From positions 254,908 to 318,907 of the forward strand of contig CAWBVW010000006.1 of NCBI GenBank assembly GCA_963792365.1: 64,000 nt of DNA. Reading direction: 5' to 3'. The stretch's first letter is position 1. Each line of letters begins with the position of its first letter. This stretch comes from an uncultured bacterium (GTDB taxonomy: Bacteria > Actinomycetota > Acidimicrobiia > Spongiisociales > ZC4RG35). Under the pieces are notes generated by a model. That model did no database searches, was not told the origin of the DNA, and worked only from the letters and a program-made list of their open reading frames with translations. The translations under genes were made by a program, and so were the position numbers. Shown here piece after piece: positions 46,769 to 56,541 of this stretch.

Positions 46769-48570
46769 CAGCGCACCAACTGGTGTTTGGCCAGCCGGGT
46801 GTAGAGACCGTTGGCGGCGATGAGTTGATCGTGGGTGCCTTCCTCGATGATTCGCCCTTCCTCCAGCACGATCAGGCGATCGGCAGCTCGAACCGTCGAC
46901 AGGCGATGTGCGATGACCACCGTGGTTCGACCTCGCATCAGGATTCCGAGCGCCGACTGCACGAGGGATTCGGATTCGGCGTCGAGGGAACTCGTGGCTT
47001 CGTCGAGGATGAGAATGCGGGGGTCGGCGAGCAGCGCTCGAGCGATTGCCACCCTCTGACGCTGTCCACCGGACAACTTGATGCCTCGCTCTCCCACCAC
47101 GGTGTCATAGCCGTCGGGGAACGCGGTGATGAACTCGTGGGCGTGGGCGCTGCGGCAGGCCTCCTCCAACTCGGCATCGGTGGCGTGGTGCTTGGCGATC
47201 CGGAGGTTCTCGGCGATGGTGCCGCTGAAGAGCTGCACCTCCTGGGGGACTGCTGCCATCGCACCCCGGAGAGTGTCGAGGGTCTGGTGCCGCACGTCGA
47301 CGCCGTCGACCAGAATGTGTCCGGCCGTAGCGTCGTAGAAGCGGGGAATGAGTTGGACGAGTGTCGACTTGCCCGCGCCGCTCGGTCCCACCAGTGCCAC
47401 CACTTCGCCAGGGGAGATGTCGAGATCGATACCTGACAGCACCTCCATCTCTCGACCTGGATAGCTGAAGTCGACCGATACGAACGTGACGGCGCCGCCG
47501 ATGTGGTCGAGTGACATCGCATGCTCGGGTTCGGCGACCTCCGGCGGCTCGTCCAGGAGTTCGAAGATCCGACGGGAAGCTCCGAGCGCCTCCTGGAGCT
47601 CGGAGTACAGGCCGGTGAACGAGCCGATGGCGCCGGCCACTATCAGGGTGTAGAGGAGGAAGGTGACGAGTTCTCCGGCGGTCAGGTTGCCGGCGAGGAC
47701 CTGGCGCCCGCCCACCCACAGCACGAGGGCGAGCGTGCCGAAAGCGATGAAGGTGACGAACGGAATGAACAGTGCCCGTAGCCGGGTGCGGCGGACGGCG
47801 ATGGCGTAGGAGTTGCGGATGTCTCGGTCGTACTGGGCGGCCGCCGTGCCCTCGGCGGTGAACCACTTGACCACCCGGATCGAGGCGATCGACTCGTCTG
47901 CATAGGCGTTGGCCGTTGCCACCTCGTCCTGGAAGGCCGTGGAGATGCGACGCAACCTCCGCCCGAAGAATGCGCCACCGATGATCATCAACGGCAGGAA
48001 GGTGAGCACTGCGAGCGACAGCAGCGGGCTCAGGAATACGAGCAACACGATGCCACCGATCATCGAAATGCCTTGGAACAGCGCTTGGGCGACGGCGGTG
48101 GAAACCGTGGACTGCACCACGGCGACGTCCGAAGTGAGCCGGGAGGTGATCTCACCGGTCTTGCGCCCGTCGAAGAACGGCACCGGAAGTCGGACGATGC
48201 GGGTGAACACCGCCCGCCTGAGATCGGCGACAACCCCTTCGCCCACCAGCCCCAGCGCGTAGATCCGCAGGTAGTTGAACGCGCCCTGCACCAGGAACAC
48301 AACGAGCAGGAGCAAGGCGATGTTGTCGAGGGTGGAAACGTCGGAGTTGGCGAGCGCCGTGTCCACGAGCGTTCCCATGATGCGCGGAAACACGAGACCC
48401 AACAGCGCCGACACGGTCACGCCGATGGCGGCGACCAACAGCCACCCCCGATACGATCTCAGAAACCCGAAGAGGCGCCGGAACTGGGCCATCTGTGCCT
48501 GGTCGAAGCGCAAGCGCTCCGACTGTTCGCCATCGGATCGCCGCCTTCGAGACCGCATCGTTCGCATCAA
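46768..48570 (-). CDS. ABC exporter, fused permease/ATPase (MsbA-like)
   Basis: Six TM helices; GPSGAGKS, LSGGQRQ, ILDEATSSLD, IAHRLST. Confidence 0.95.
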   Translation of the reverse strand: MMRTMRSRRRRSDGEQSERLRFDQAQMAQFRRLFGFLRSYRGWLLVAAIGVTVSALLGLVFPRIMGTLVDTALANSDVSTLDNIALLLLVVFLVQGAFNYLRIYALGLVGEGVVADLRRAVFTRIVRLPVPFFDGRKTGEITSRLTSDVAVVQSTVSTAVAQALFQGISMIGGIVLLVFLSPLLSLAVLTFLPLMIIGGAFFGRRLRRISTAFQDEVATANAYADESIASIRVVKWFTAEGTAAAQYDRDIRNSYAIAVRRTRLRALFIPFVTFIAFGTLALVLWVGGRQVLAGNLTAGELVTFLLYTLIVAGAIGSFTGLYSELQEALGASRRIFELLDEPPEVAEPEHAMSLDHIGGAVTFVSVDFSYPGREMEVLSGIDLDISPGEVVALVGPSGAGKSTLVQLIPRFYDATAGHILVDGVDVRHQTLDTLRGAMAAVPQEVQLFSGTIAENLRIAKHHATDAELEEACRSAHAHEFITAFPDGYDTVVGERGIKLSGGQRQRVAIARALLADPRILILDEATSSLDAESESLVQSALGILMRGRTTVVIAHRLSTVRAADRLIVLEEGRIIEEGTHDQLIAANGLYTRLAKHQLVR

Positions 48571-49178
48571 GCGATGCTACGAGGACTGACACCATCCTCG
48601 GAATCTCCCCTTGTTCCGTTCACGGCTACGCCTTTCCGAAACTCTCTGCATGCGGGACGGACAGCGCTCACGATGACGCGGAGACCTGCGATGCGCTCCA
48701 AACAAGCAACCAGCCACCACCGCCGTCCTCATGCGCATGCCGACACACCATGGACTCGCTCGGCAAAGGCGCACATGACGAGCAGGATCGAACGGCTGAC
48801 CGATGTGGTGGACCGAGAGAAGGCCAAGAAGCCAAGCACCACGCTTGGCTCGCCGCAGCGCAAGGAGAGGTCTCGGGCGGTAGTGGAGCGGACCAGGTCG
48901 ACAGCAGCTCAGCCGTTCTCGGTCGTCGCACCACCTATGAGGTCCGTGGGCCCGATGCAAGGAACATACGCGTATTGCCTCGGAGGTGGGCACCGTCGTC
49001 ACTCTGAGCCTCAATCGCGAATATGTCCACAGCGGCCATGTCCTCCTGGCGGTGGCGTGGTACCCACCCGCAACCGCGGTTGACCGCTGGGATCATCGGC
49101 TCGAGGCGCCGTGCATTCGGCTGCGCGACCGGGCGGCGGGACCGTGGCCCCGCCGCCCGCGTTCGAACTCCCGGTACG

Positions 49179-50711
49179 TCAGGAACCGGGGATGGTCAGC
49201 AGCATGAGCTGACCCGATTCGCGTTTGACGAGAACGCCGCCGTCCATCTCTTCGAAGACGTTGGCGCCGTGGCCCTGCACGTCGAGCAGCCAGCGGCCGC
49301 CACCGAACCACGGCGAGGCGTCGACGATGCCCGACGACTCTCCAAACGGATCGTTGATGCTGGCCACGACTCGCCAGGTGCCCTGGCGGAGCCGGTATTG
49401 GAAGATCTGGGCGCCGTCCGTGTCTTCTTGCACCATCAGGCTCTTCTTCGATGTGTCCACGTTGTCGGGGCTGGTGAATGGCACATATTTGCTGCTTCCC
49501 GCCGCGTCACCATCGGCCAAGACGGTCAGGCTGTCGACCACCGTGGGGTCGTCGGCGTTGAACACCAGTTGGATGATCCGACCATTGTCGGCGAACCCGA
49601 CGGTCCCCGAGGGTCCTCGCACCAATCGGCCGGTGAGGGGATCCGGGACCACCCGGGTGGCGCCGGTGTCGGCGATGTAGACAACCCGCGGGTCGTTCTT
49701 GTCGTAGGCGAGGTCCTCGAGCCGGATCGATTGGAACACGTTGTTGTTGTTGGACCAGTCCTCAAGGCCATCCTGGGGCCCGTCGGCGATGGCGTCGGGC
49801 ACCGGGATGAACTCCGCCGTCATCTGGTCGTCGACCCCGAGGTCGAGGTAGTCGTTGGCTCCGTTGAACGCATCGGTGGGAACCACCGGTGTCCCGTTCT
49901 TCGACGTCACCCGCATGGCCCACAGGGTGCCCTCGTCGTTGAACACAGCGTCGTCGTCGTCGGCCAGGTATAGGTAGAGCTGTGACGACGGGGCCGAGAA
50001 GGTGTCGTCGGTGGTGAGAAGCGCCAGCTGATCCCATCCACCCGGCACCACCACGGTGTTCTCGTGGTTGAGCCGCCCCATACCCACGATCGGTGTGGAC
50101 TCGCCGGTATCGGTGTTCAACGCTACCGCGTATCCTCCCTGCCGTTGGGGTGCGAACTCCGGATCGGGCCCGTAGGGCGCACCTGGCGGCACGTCGACCA
50201 CGTCGTTGGTCTCTTCACCGGTGAAGAACGTGTAGCTGGAGAAGCCTTCGGCGGGGCCCGCCATGGACGCCGAGCAGAAGCGCAGGTAGCCAAGCTCTGG
50301 TCCGAGGGCCACCGACGCCGACAGCACCGAGCCTTGGCGACTCCCGGCCTTGGTGTCGAGTGTCAGCCTCGAGATCGAGGAGTCCTGGATGTCGCGGGCG
50401 TTGCGAAATGGCACCGTGCTCTGCTCGTGGGCGACATACACGTCGACGGTGTTCGGGGCTGCTCCGGGTCGGACACCGATCCCATCCGGGATGCCTTCGA
50501 AGGTGAAGTCGCCGAGGACATCACCGCTGTTGATGATCCCCTTGACGGTGGCTCCGGCCGGCAGCCCCGGGTCGATCGTGATGTAGGGGCTCTCGCCGGT
50601 GAGATAACCCGATTGGGGTGCGGCGGGTGCCGATCCCATCACCCCCATGGTGAGAATGATCGTCAAGACCATGAAGACCGTGACGGTGCCTCTTCGTTGA
50701 TGTCGGCGCAT
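49179..50711 (-). CDS. PhoX-like (DUF839) secreted alkaline phosphatase
   Basis: RR signal peptide; FCSA, TGEE, MGRLNHEN, RLED, PDN, QED, ESSGI and DVQGH motifs. Confidence 0.8.
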   Translation of the reverse strand: MRRHQRRGTVTVFMVLTIILTMGVMGSAPAAPQSGYLTGESPYITIDPGLPAGATVKGIINSGDVLGDFTFEGIPDGIGVRPGAAPNTVDVYVAHEQSTVPFRNARDIQDSSISRLTLDTKAGSRQGSVLSASVALGPELGYLRFCSASMAGPAEGFSSYTFFTGEETNDVVDVPPGAPYGPDPEFAPQRQGGYAVALNTDTGESTPIVGMGRLNHENTVVVPGGWDQLALLTTDDTFSAPSSQLYLYLADDDDAVFNDEGTLWAMRVTSKNGTPVVPTDAFNGANDYLDLGVDDQMTAEFIPVPDAIADGPQDGLEDWSNNNNVFQSIRLEDLAYDKNDPRVVYIADTGATRVVPDPLTGRLVRGPSGTVGFADNGRIIQLVFNADDPTVVDSLTVLADGDAAGSSKYVPFTSPDNVDTSKKSLMVQEDTDGAQIFQYRLRQGTWRVVASINDPFGESSGIVDASPWFGGGRWLLDVQGHGANVFEEMDGGVLVKRESGQLMLLTIPGS

Positions 50712-51050
50712 GGACGCTTCCTTTCCCAATTGTCATCCACCCTTCGCGCCATCGAAGCTACACGGCCCCAGCTCGTCGCGTCGGACGGGGCGCCACCTTG
50801 GCCATGAGATCAGGCCAGCGTTGACCCGGAATCCTGGCGCTGTGCCATTGCGGCCAGCACGTCGGCCAGCTCGGCTGGGCGCGACAACATCGGAGATGCG
50901 AGCTGTCGATTACCTCGCCATCGATGGCAGCAGCGGCAGCGGTCATCGGGGTCGCCCTGGGTCTTGCCGAATCGACCAAGGAGATGACCGGTCAACAGGC
51001 CTGGACCGGGTGCTGAATCACCGACGGCGGCCGTGAGGAGCTGACGAGCT

Positions 51051-51407
51051 ATGGGTGGACGCCCTGGTTGCCGAAGGCCGATCCTCGAGGTCGAGGGTCA
51101 ATTGCGTGTGATGCTGGCGCCGCTTTGCGCCGATCTGGCAGCTAGGTTGAAGGACATCTGCACCGATATCGCCGGCACGCTCGAGAACACCACGCGGATC
51201 CGACGCAAGTACCACCGGTCCAGGGTCCACGACTGCTTGTCGTCGTTCGCCGTGCTGGTCGACGATTGGGCTGAGCGATCACAGAACAGACTCGATGCAT
51301 GGGCGCACCAACCCGCCGATGAGCGCGAGCACGCAGCTCTTGCGGTATTCGAACGCCTTCCTTATCCCGACTTACGGCGTCGGTCTGACCACGACTTCGG
51401 CTTCTGA
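51051..51407 (+). CDS. Hypothetical protein
   Basis: 118-aa ORF ending 2 bp before the DUF1801 gene; no family recognised. Confidence 0.3.
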   Translation: MGGRPGCRRPILEVEGQLRVMLAPLCADLAARLKDICTDIAGTLENTTRIRRKYHRSRVHDCLSSFAVLVDDWAERSQNRLDAWAHQPADEREHAALAVFERLPYPDLRRRSDHDFGF

Positions 51408-51409
51408 TC

Positions 51410-51862
51410 GTGAGCCTTTCCAGTCGAGACGACGTCCGAGCCATCATCGAAGACGTGCCGCACGAGGGTCGCCGGGCGGATGCCCTGGCCTTGCTCGAAC
51501 TGATGGCCGAGGTCACCGGCGAGGAACCCAAGGCGTGGGATGCCGGCACCATCGGGTTCGGGCAGTACCACTACCGCTACAAGACGGGTCAGGAGGGTGA
51601 CTTCTTCACCATCGGTTTCTCGCCTCGAAAGGATCGAATCACGCTCTATGTGATGTCGGGCCTGCGTGGCTTCGAAGACATCCTCGAGCGGCTCGGTAGA
51701 CACTCCACCGGCAAATCGACGGTCCACCTGAAGCGGCTGGCCGACGTGGACCCCGCCGTGCTCGGCGAGTTGATCACGGCGTGCGTCGAGCATGTGGCGT
51801 GGGTGGAGCGCTCTTTGGGAGCGATACCTCGAATGAGCGAGATTCCGCCGCGGGAGCCCTGA
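51410..51862 (+). CDS. DUF1801 domain protein
   Basis: RRADA..LLELM.EVTGEEPKAW...IGFGQYHYRYKTGQEGD....GFSPRK..ITLY; GKHST-like GKS.VHLKRLADVD. Confidence 0.88.
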   Translation: MSLSSRDDVRAIIEDVPHEGRRADALALLELMAEVTGEEPKAWDAGTIGFGQYHYRYKTGQEGDFFTIGFSPRKDRITLYVMSGLRGFEDILERLGRHSTGKSTVHLKRLADVDPAVLGELITACVEHVAWVERSLGAIPRMSEIPPREP

Positions 51863-52109
51863 TCGCCAATGGGCACGCCGTTCGAACGAGCCGGAGACTC
51901 GATGGTGGCAGGCAAGTCACCAGCCGTGTGCACGATGGGCTGCAGGTCGCGTTCATCCAGCGCAATAGATCGTCGGTCTCAGCAGGTCAATGACGCGCCG
52001 TGTGGATGTGCCGACTCTGTTGTGCCAATCAGGCCACCGCCATCGGCTCGCATCGCACGGGGCCGACCGACCAGATAGAGTCTCGCTCAAGCTCGTTTGG
52101 AGGTACTCA

Positions 52110-52955
52110 ATGCAGATGGTCGACATGACGCACACGATGAACGTGCACACACCGGGATGGGTGGGCTATGCCGGCAACAAGATGTTCTACACACAGAACC
52201 TCCAGACCCAGCGGATAGTGGCCCAACGCGTGGAGATGGCCCTCCACACCGGAACACACCTCGATGGCGCGATGCATGGTGCCGATGGGATGGGAGACAT
52301 GGCCTCCTATGGCCTTCCGTTCTTGGTCAACAAGGGCGCGATCGTCGACATCTCGGACATGGTCGACGACTGGTCGGTCATCACACCAGACATGCTCACT
52401 GCCAATGTCGAGATCGAGAAGGGTGACATTCTCATCATTCACACCGGTTGGCACCGGTACTGGGAGGGTCAGTCACAGCAGGACCTCGTCCGATACTTCA
52501 CCATGCACCCCGGAGGGAAGCTGGAACTCCTCCAATGGATGCTCGACATGGAGATCAAGTGGTTTGGAATCGACGCCGGTTCAGGCGACCATCCGATGTG
52601 GACCACCATCCGCAACATGCGGCCCGATCTCACGACGCTTTTCGAAGAGCAGGTCGGGATGGCCGTCGATGAGTTCTTCCCGCGCTACGAATACACGCAC
52701 AAGCTGTCGGGCCGGCGAGTGTCGAACGATCTCTTTCCGTTTCACAACTGGGCCTTCCAGGAGAATCTGATCCACGCTGAGAACGTGGGCGGCGATATCG
52801 AGAAGGCCCTCAACACCAGGGCGATCATCGGCGCCTTTCCCTGGAAATATGAGGGACTCGAGGCATCACCGTGCCGGATCATTGCCTTCTACGACGTCGG
52901 CGATCTCAAGATCGGCGAATATCGCGAAGCAGCTGCAGAGGCTGTGTCCGGATGA
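52110..52955 (+). CDS. Cyclase-family (kynurenine formamidase-like) metal hydrolase
   Basis: HTGTHLDGAMH, GDILIIHTGW, GIDAGSGDHP, IHAENVGG. Confidence 0.9.
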   Translation: MQMVDMTHTMNVHTPGWVGYAGNKMFYTQNLQTQRIVAQRVEMALHTGTHLDGAMHGADGMGDMASYGLPFLVNKGAIVDISDMVDDWSVITPDMLTANVEIEKGDILIIHTGWHRYWEGQSQQDLVRYFTMHPGGKLELLQWMLDMEIKWFGIDAGSGDHPMWTTIRNMRPDLTTLFEEQVGMAVDEFFPRYEYTHKLSGRRVSNDLFPFHNWAFQENLIHAENVGGDIEKALNTRAIIGAFPWKYEGLEASPCRIIAFYDVGDLKIGEYREAAAEAVSG

Positions 52956-52958
52956 GTC

Positions 52959-53840
52959 TTGGGCGGTGAGGACCATCGCAGGGGCCTCGCCCTCGCGGTG
53001 GTCGGAATTGTCGCGCTGAGCCCCGAGTCGCTCCTCATCCGCTTGGTTGCGGTCGATCGTTTCACGATCCTCGTGTGGCGAGGGGCTCTGTTGTGCATCG
53101 GCCTCCTTGTCGCCTCGTCGATCATCGCGCGGACGCCCCGGGTGATCACCTCGATCGGTCGGGGTGGATTGCTGGTGGCGTTGCTCTTTGGAATCCAAAC
53201 GGTTGGTTTTGTCGTGTCGATCACGAACACCACCGTGGCGAATACGCTCGTGGCAATGAGCGCTGCCCCGCTCTTCGCCGCTCTGTTCGAACGAGTGCTC
53301 TTCCGCCGGCGACTGCAACGAAGACTCTGGGCGGTGATCATCGTCGCGATGCTCGGCATCGTGGTCATGTTCTCCGACTCGCTGGCCACCGGAGGTCTGG
53401 GCGGTGACCTCGCTGGACTGGGCGCCGCTGCGGCGTTCGGAGCCTCGTTCGTCGTGATCGGCCGTCACCAGGATCGGACCATGGTTCCAGCCATGGGCTT
53501 GGGTGGCTTGGTGGCGGCTGCAATAGCACTCCCGTTTGCGGCCCCGATGTCAGTGTCGGCTGCCGACATCGGGTACCTCACCATCAGTGGATTGGCCGTG
53601 TTGCCCATCGGGTTCGGGTTGCTCGCTGTCGCGCCCAGATACATTCCCGCTCCCGAGGTGGGACTCATCACGCTTCTCGAGTCCATCCTTGGCCCGTTCT
53701 GGGTCTGGCTCGCTCTGGGCGAAGAGCCCGGGCTGCGGACGATCCTCGGTGGAACGATCGTCATCGGGAGTCTGGGGGTCAACTCGTACCTCAGTCTCAA
53801 AGCGACGAGGCAGCCTGCTCAGAGCGTCTCACCTGCATAG
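52959..53840 (+). CDS. DMT/EamA family transporter
   Basis: Ten TM helices in two repeats; APEVGLITLLESILGPFWVWLALGEEP. Confidence 0.9.
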   Translation: MGGEDHRRGLALAVVGIVALSPESLLIRLVAVDRFTILVWRGALLCIGLLVASSIIARTPRVITSIGRGGLLVALLFGIQTVGFVVSITNTTVANTLVAMSAAPLFAALFERVLFRRRLQRRLWAVIIVAMLGIVVMFSDSLATGGLGGDLAGLGAAAAFGASFVVIGRHQDRTMVPAMGLGGLVAAAIALPFAAPMSVSAADIGYLTISGLAVLPIGFGLLAVAPRYIPAPEVGLITLLESILGPFWVWLALGEEPGLRTILGGTIVIGSLGVNSYLSLKATRQPAQSVSPA

Positions 53841-54673
53841 GTGATGGCGTAGATATCTGTCCGCCGATCGGCGCGGGGGGTGATGAACTCGCCCCTCACC
53901 TGAGCGCGTTTGGCCGCTCCGATGTCGACTCGGGCGACGGCGACTTCCTGATCGCGACCGGACAGCGGACCGATCACCCGCGCGCCGTAGGGGTCGATCA
54001 GAATCGAGCTCCCGAGGAAGTCGCAGCTTCCGTGCGTGCCAGCCTGGGATGCGGCACCGATGAACACCTGGCTGAGATTGGCCTGGAGCTCGACTCCTCT
54101 GCCCTGCGGCGACATGCCCTCGTCGTCCCATCTGACCTGATCGAATCCTGGCAGCCACGCTGTTGGCACGCAGATGAGGTCCGCGCCGCGCAGGGCCATG
54201 AGCCGCACGACCTCGATGAAGCGGAGGTCGTAGCAGACGCACAACCCGACGGCCCCGAACCGAGTTCGAGCAACAGGGAACCCCAGGTCTCCGGGTGCGA
54301 AAGCGATCTTCTCTTCGGCGAACAGGTGGGTCTTGCGATAATGAGCGATCGTGCCATCCGGACCGACCGCTACCGCAGTGTTGTAGAGGCGCTCACCCTC
54401 CAATTCCGCGAGGCCACCGATCACGTACCCACCCGCGTCACGAGCAAGGCGTTGCCACTCATCTGTCGTGGGGCCGGGCACCGACTCGGCAACCTCGACT
54501 AGCCCGCGGGCATCGGCGACATACCCTGGCACGATGAGCTCGGGAAGGATCACAATGTCGGCGTCCTGGTCGAACGCAGAGCTGATTGCCTGGCGGCATC
54601 GCGCTCGATTGACTTCGACCTCGAACGGTTCCCCGGAGATTTGGGCGATTCCGATCCCGACCTCGTGGCTCAC
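53819..54673 (-). CDS. Carbon-nitrogen hydrolase (nitrilase superfamily amidase)
   Basis: Glu (LPEL), Lys (YRKTHL) and Cys (VCYDLRF) triad. Confidence 0.92.
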   Translation of the reverse strand: MSHEVGIGIAQISGEPFEVEVNRARCRQAISSAFDQDADIVILPELIVPGYVADARGLVEVAESVPGPTTDEWQRLARDAGGYVIGGLAELEGERLYNTAVAVGPDGTIAHYRKTHLFAEEKIAFAPGDLGFPVARTRFGAVGLCVCYDLRFIEVVRLMALRGADLICVPTAWLPGFDQVRWDDEGMSPQGRGVELQANLSQVFIGAASQAGTHGSCDFLGSSILIDPYGARVIGPLSGRDQEVAVARVDIGAAKRAQVRGEFITPRADRRTDIYAITYAGETL

Positions 54674-55503
54674 CGGCCGAGCCTCTTGTACCCACCGACT
54701 TTGACCAGCATGTTCCAGTCGACCGGAGCAGGTCCGCCGACGCTTTCGATGCGCGAACCTCGGTCGGCCCTGACAGCATGCATCACCCCAACCGGAACGT
54801 GGACGGCACAGGGCGCCTCGAACTCAATCTCCCTGCCGTGGGTGAGATCTTCGATGGTGCCAACTCCGTCCAGCACATACAGCGTGTCCTCCGAACCAGC
54901 ATGGAGATGAGGAACGTTGCGCTCGCCTGGCTGCATGTCCACGTAGTTCATGTTGGCAGTCTGTGAGCCCCGTCCAGCCCAGACGACCAGTCGGGCGTCT
55001 TTGGCGATGATCGGCATCATGAGGTCGGGTTTGTCGCGGTGGAACAGATCGATGGCACCCTCCCTCCAGGCGAGCCGGCCCAGCCCGAGGTCGGCGTAGG
55101 ATCCCGGGTCTGCCGGGCAGGGTCCACCAACGAGCTCGGCGCCACCCGCGATCCCTTTGAAGCGGTAGCCGGCACCGGGGTGTACGAGTACCATCGTGCC
55201 GGCCGGCATCGTCCATTCCGTTCTTGGGCCGATCCCTTGCACCATCGCGGTCCCGCTGATCACGTAGTACACGGCTTCCATGGGATGCGCCATGCTCCTG
55301 GTCTTACCACCCGAGTGCAGGCTGATCCGATGCATTGATCGGAGGTGCGCCCCCACGCCAGGCCACACCACCGCCCAGGCGCTCCCTCCCGATTCGATGA
55401 TCGGCAGTGGCATGGCGGCAGGATCATCAGGCAGGACCCGCACGGCCTGCGCGGCGTGCAATCCTGCGGGATCTGAATTCAATGAGACTGCATGTTCGTT
55501 CAC
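54670..55503 (-). CDS. Bicupin protein (start uncertain)
   Basis: Two cupin barrels; the C-terminal one keeps PHLH..SEDTLY...HVPVGVMH, the N-terminal one lacks most metal ligands. Confidence 0.75.
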   Translation of the reverse strand: MNEHAVSLNSDPAGLHAAQAVRVLPDDPAAMPLPIIESGGSAWAVVWPGVGAHLRSMHRISLHSGGKTRSMAHPMEAVYYVISGTAMVQGIGPRTEWTMPAGTMVLVHPGAGYRFKGIAGGAELVGGPCPADPGSYADLGLGRLAWREGAIDLFHRDKPDLMMPIIAKDARLVVWAGRGSQTANMNYVDMQPGERNVPHLHAGSEDTLYVLDGVGTIEDLTHGREIEFEAPCAVHVPVGVMHAVRADRGSRIESVGGPAPVDWNMLVKVGGYKRLGR

Positions 55504-55556
55504 GTGGCTCAAGTCTAGATGGTAGCGTCCGGTCAGTGGAGCAAGACCGAGGTCCG

Positions 55557-56531
55557 ATGACAACGCTTTCACGGCACTGGCATCCAATCGCCACGTCGGA
55601 AGAGGTCGAGGAAAGCCCGAGGCGATTCACGCTGCTGGGGACCGAACTCGTCGCCTTCCGGACCGTCAAGGGGATCAGCGTGTTCACCGACTTGTGCATA
55701 CATCGGGGGGTGGCGCTCTCCCTGGGGTTCGTCGAGGATGGCATTCTGCATTGCGGATATCACGGTTGGGCGTACGACGCCACCGGCGCCTGCGTCGAGA
55801 TCCCGTCGCTCTCACCCGGATCACCGATACCTCCGAAGGCACGAGCCATCACCCATTCGGTTGACGAAAAATACGGCCTCGTCTGGGTGGGTATGGACGA
55901 GCCAACCTCGCCCGTCCCCCCGTTCCCGGACGACGAGTGGGACCGATCCGACTTTCGCGCGTTCGTTTCGCACCACTACCGATGGCAGACCTCAGCCGGG
56001 CGTGCGGTCGAAAACTTCATGGATATCTCACATTTCCCGTACGTGCACGAGGGCATTCTCGGATCCCGAGACGCCACCGAGGTGGCGGAGCATCAAGTCG
56101 TCGATCGTGACGGCGGCCTGTACTACTACCTCGAGGCACCCGAGCCCGCCAACCTCCACAGCCGTCCTGATGACGTGATCAGGTGGGAATACTTCCTCAC
56201 CGGCCCGTTCACGATCCACCTACGGAAGACCGTGCCCTCCGGCGATGTCACGCTGATCTCGATGGCCGCCTCGCCGACCGCCGAAACCACGACCGACATG
56301 TTCGTGTGGATCGGCCGGAACCACCAACTCCACCCTTCCGAAGACGCCGGGTTCTCCGACTTCACCCACGAGATCATGGAGCAGGACCGCCGGATCGTGG
56401 AGAGCCAGCGCCCCGAAATGATCCCAACTGACCTGCGTGAAGAACTCCACTTGAAGGTGCCCGATGCCTCGGGAATCGCCTACCGAAGGTTCCTCAGTCA
56501 GTTCCGAGACGCAACCCCGTTCCTGCCGTGA
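55557..56531 (+). CDS. Rieske non-heme iron oxygenase alpha subunit (VanA/Ndm demethylase-like)
   Basis: CIHRG..LSLG...CGYHGW (Rieske); ENFMDISHFPYVH and late QD (mononuclear Fe). Confidence 0.92.
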   Translation: MTTLSRHWHPIATSEEVEESPRRFTLLGTELVAFRTVKGISVFTDLCIHRGVALSLGFVEDGILHCGYHGWAYDATGACVEIPSLSPGSPIPPKARAITHSVDEKYGLVWVGMDEPTSPVPPFPDDEWDRSDFRAFVSHHYRWQTSAGRAVENFMDISHFPYVHEGILGSRDATEVAEHQVVDRDGGLYYYLEAPEPANLHSRPDDVIRWEYFLTGPFTIHLRKTVPSGDVTLISMAASPTAETTTDMFVWIGRNHQLHPSEDAGFSDFTHEIMEQDRRIVESQRPEMIPTDLREELHLKVPDASGIAYRRFLSQFRDATPFLP

Positions 56532-56541
56532 GGAATAGCGA

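Noticed and set aside
50810-50995. Short ORF ending SPMLSRPAELADVL, like an alpha/beta-hydrolase C-terminus
   Set aside because: Too short and lacks upstream motifs; at most a relic, not supportable as a feature.
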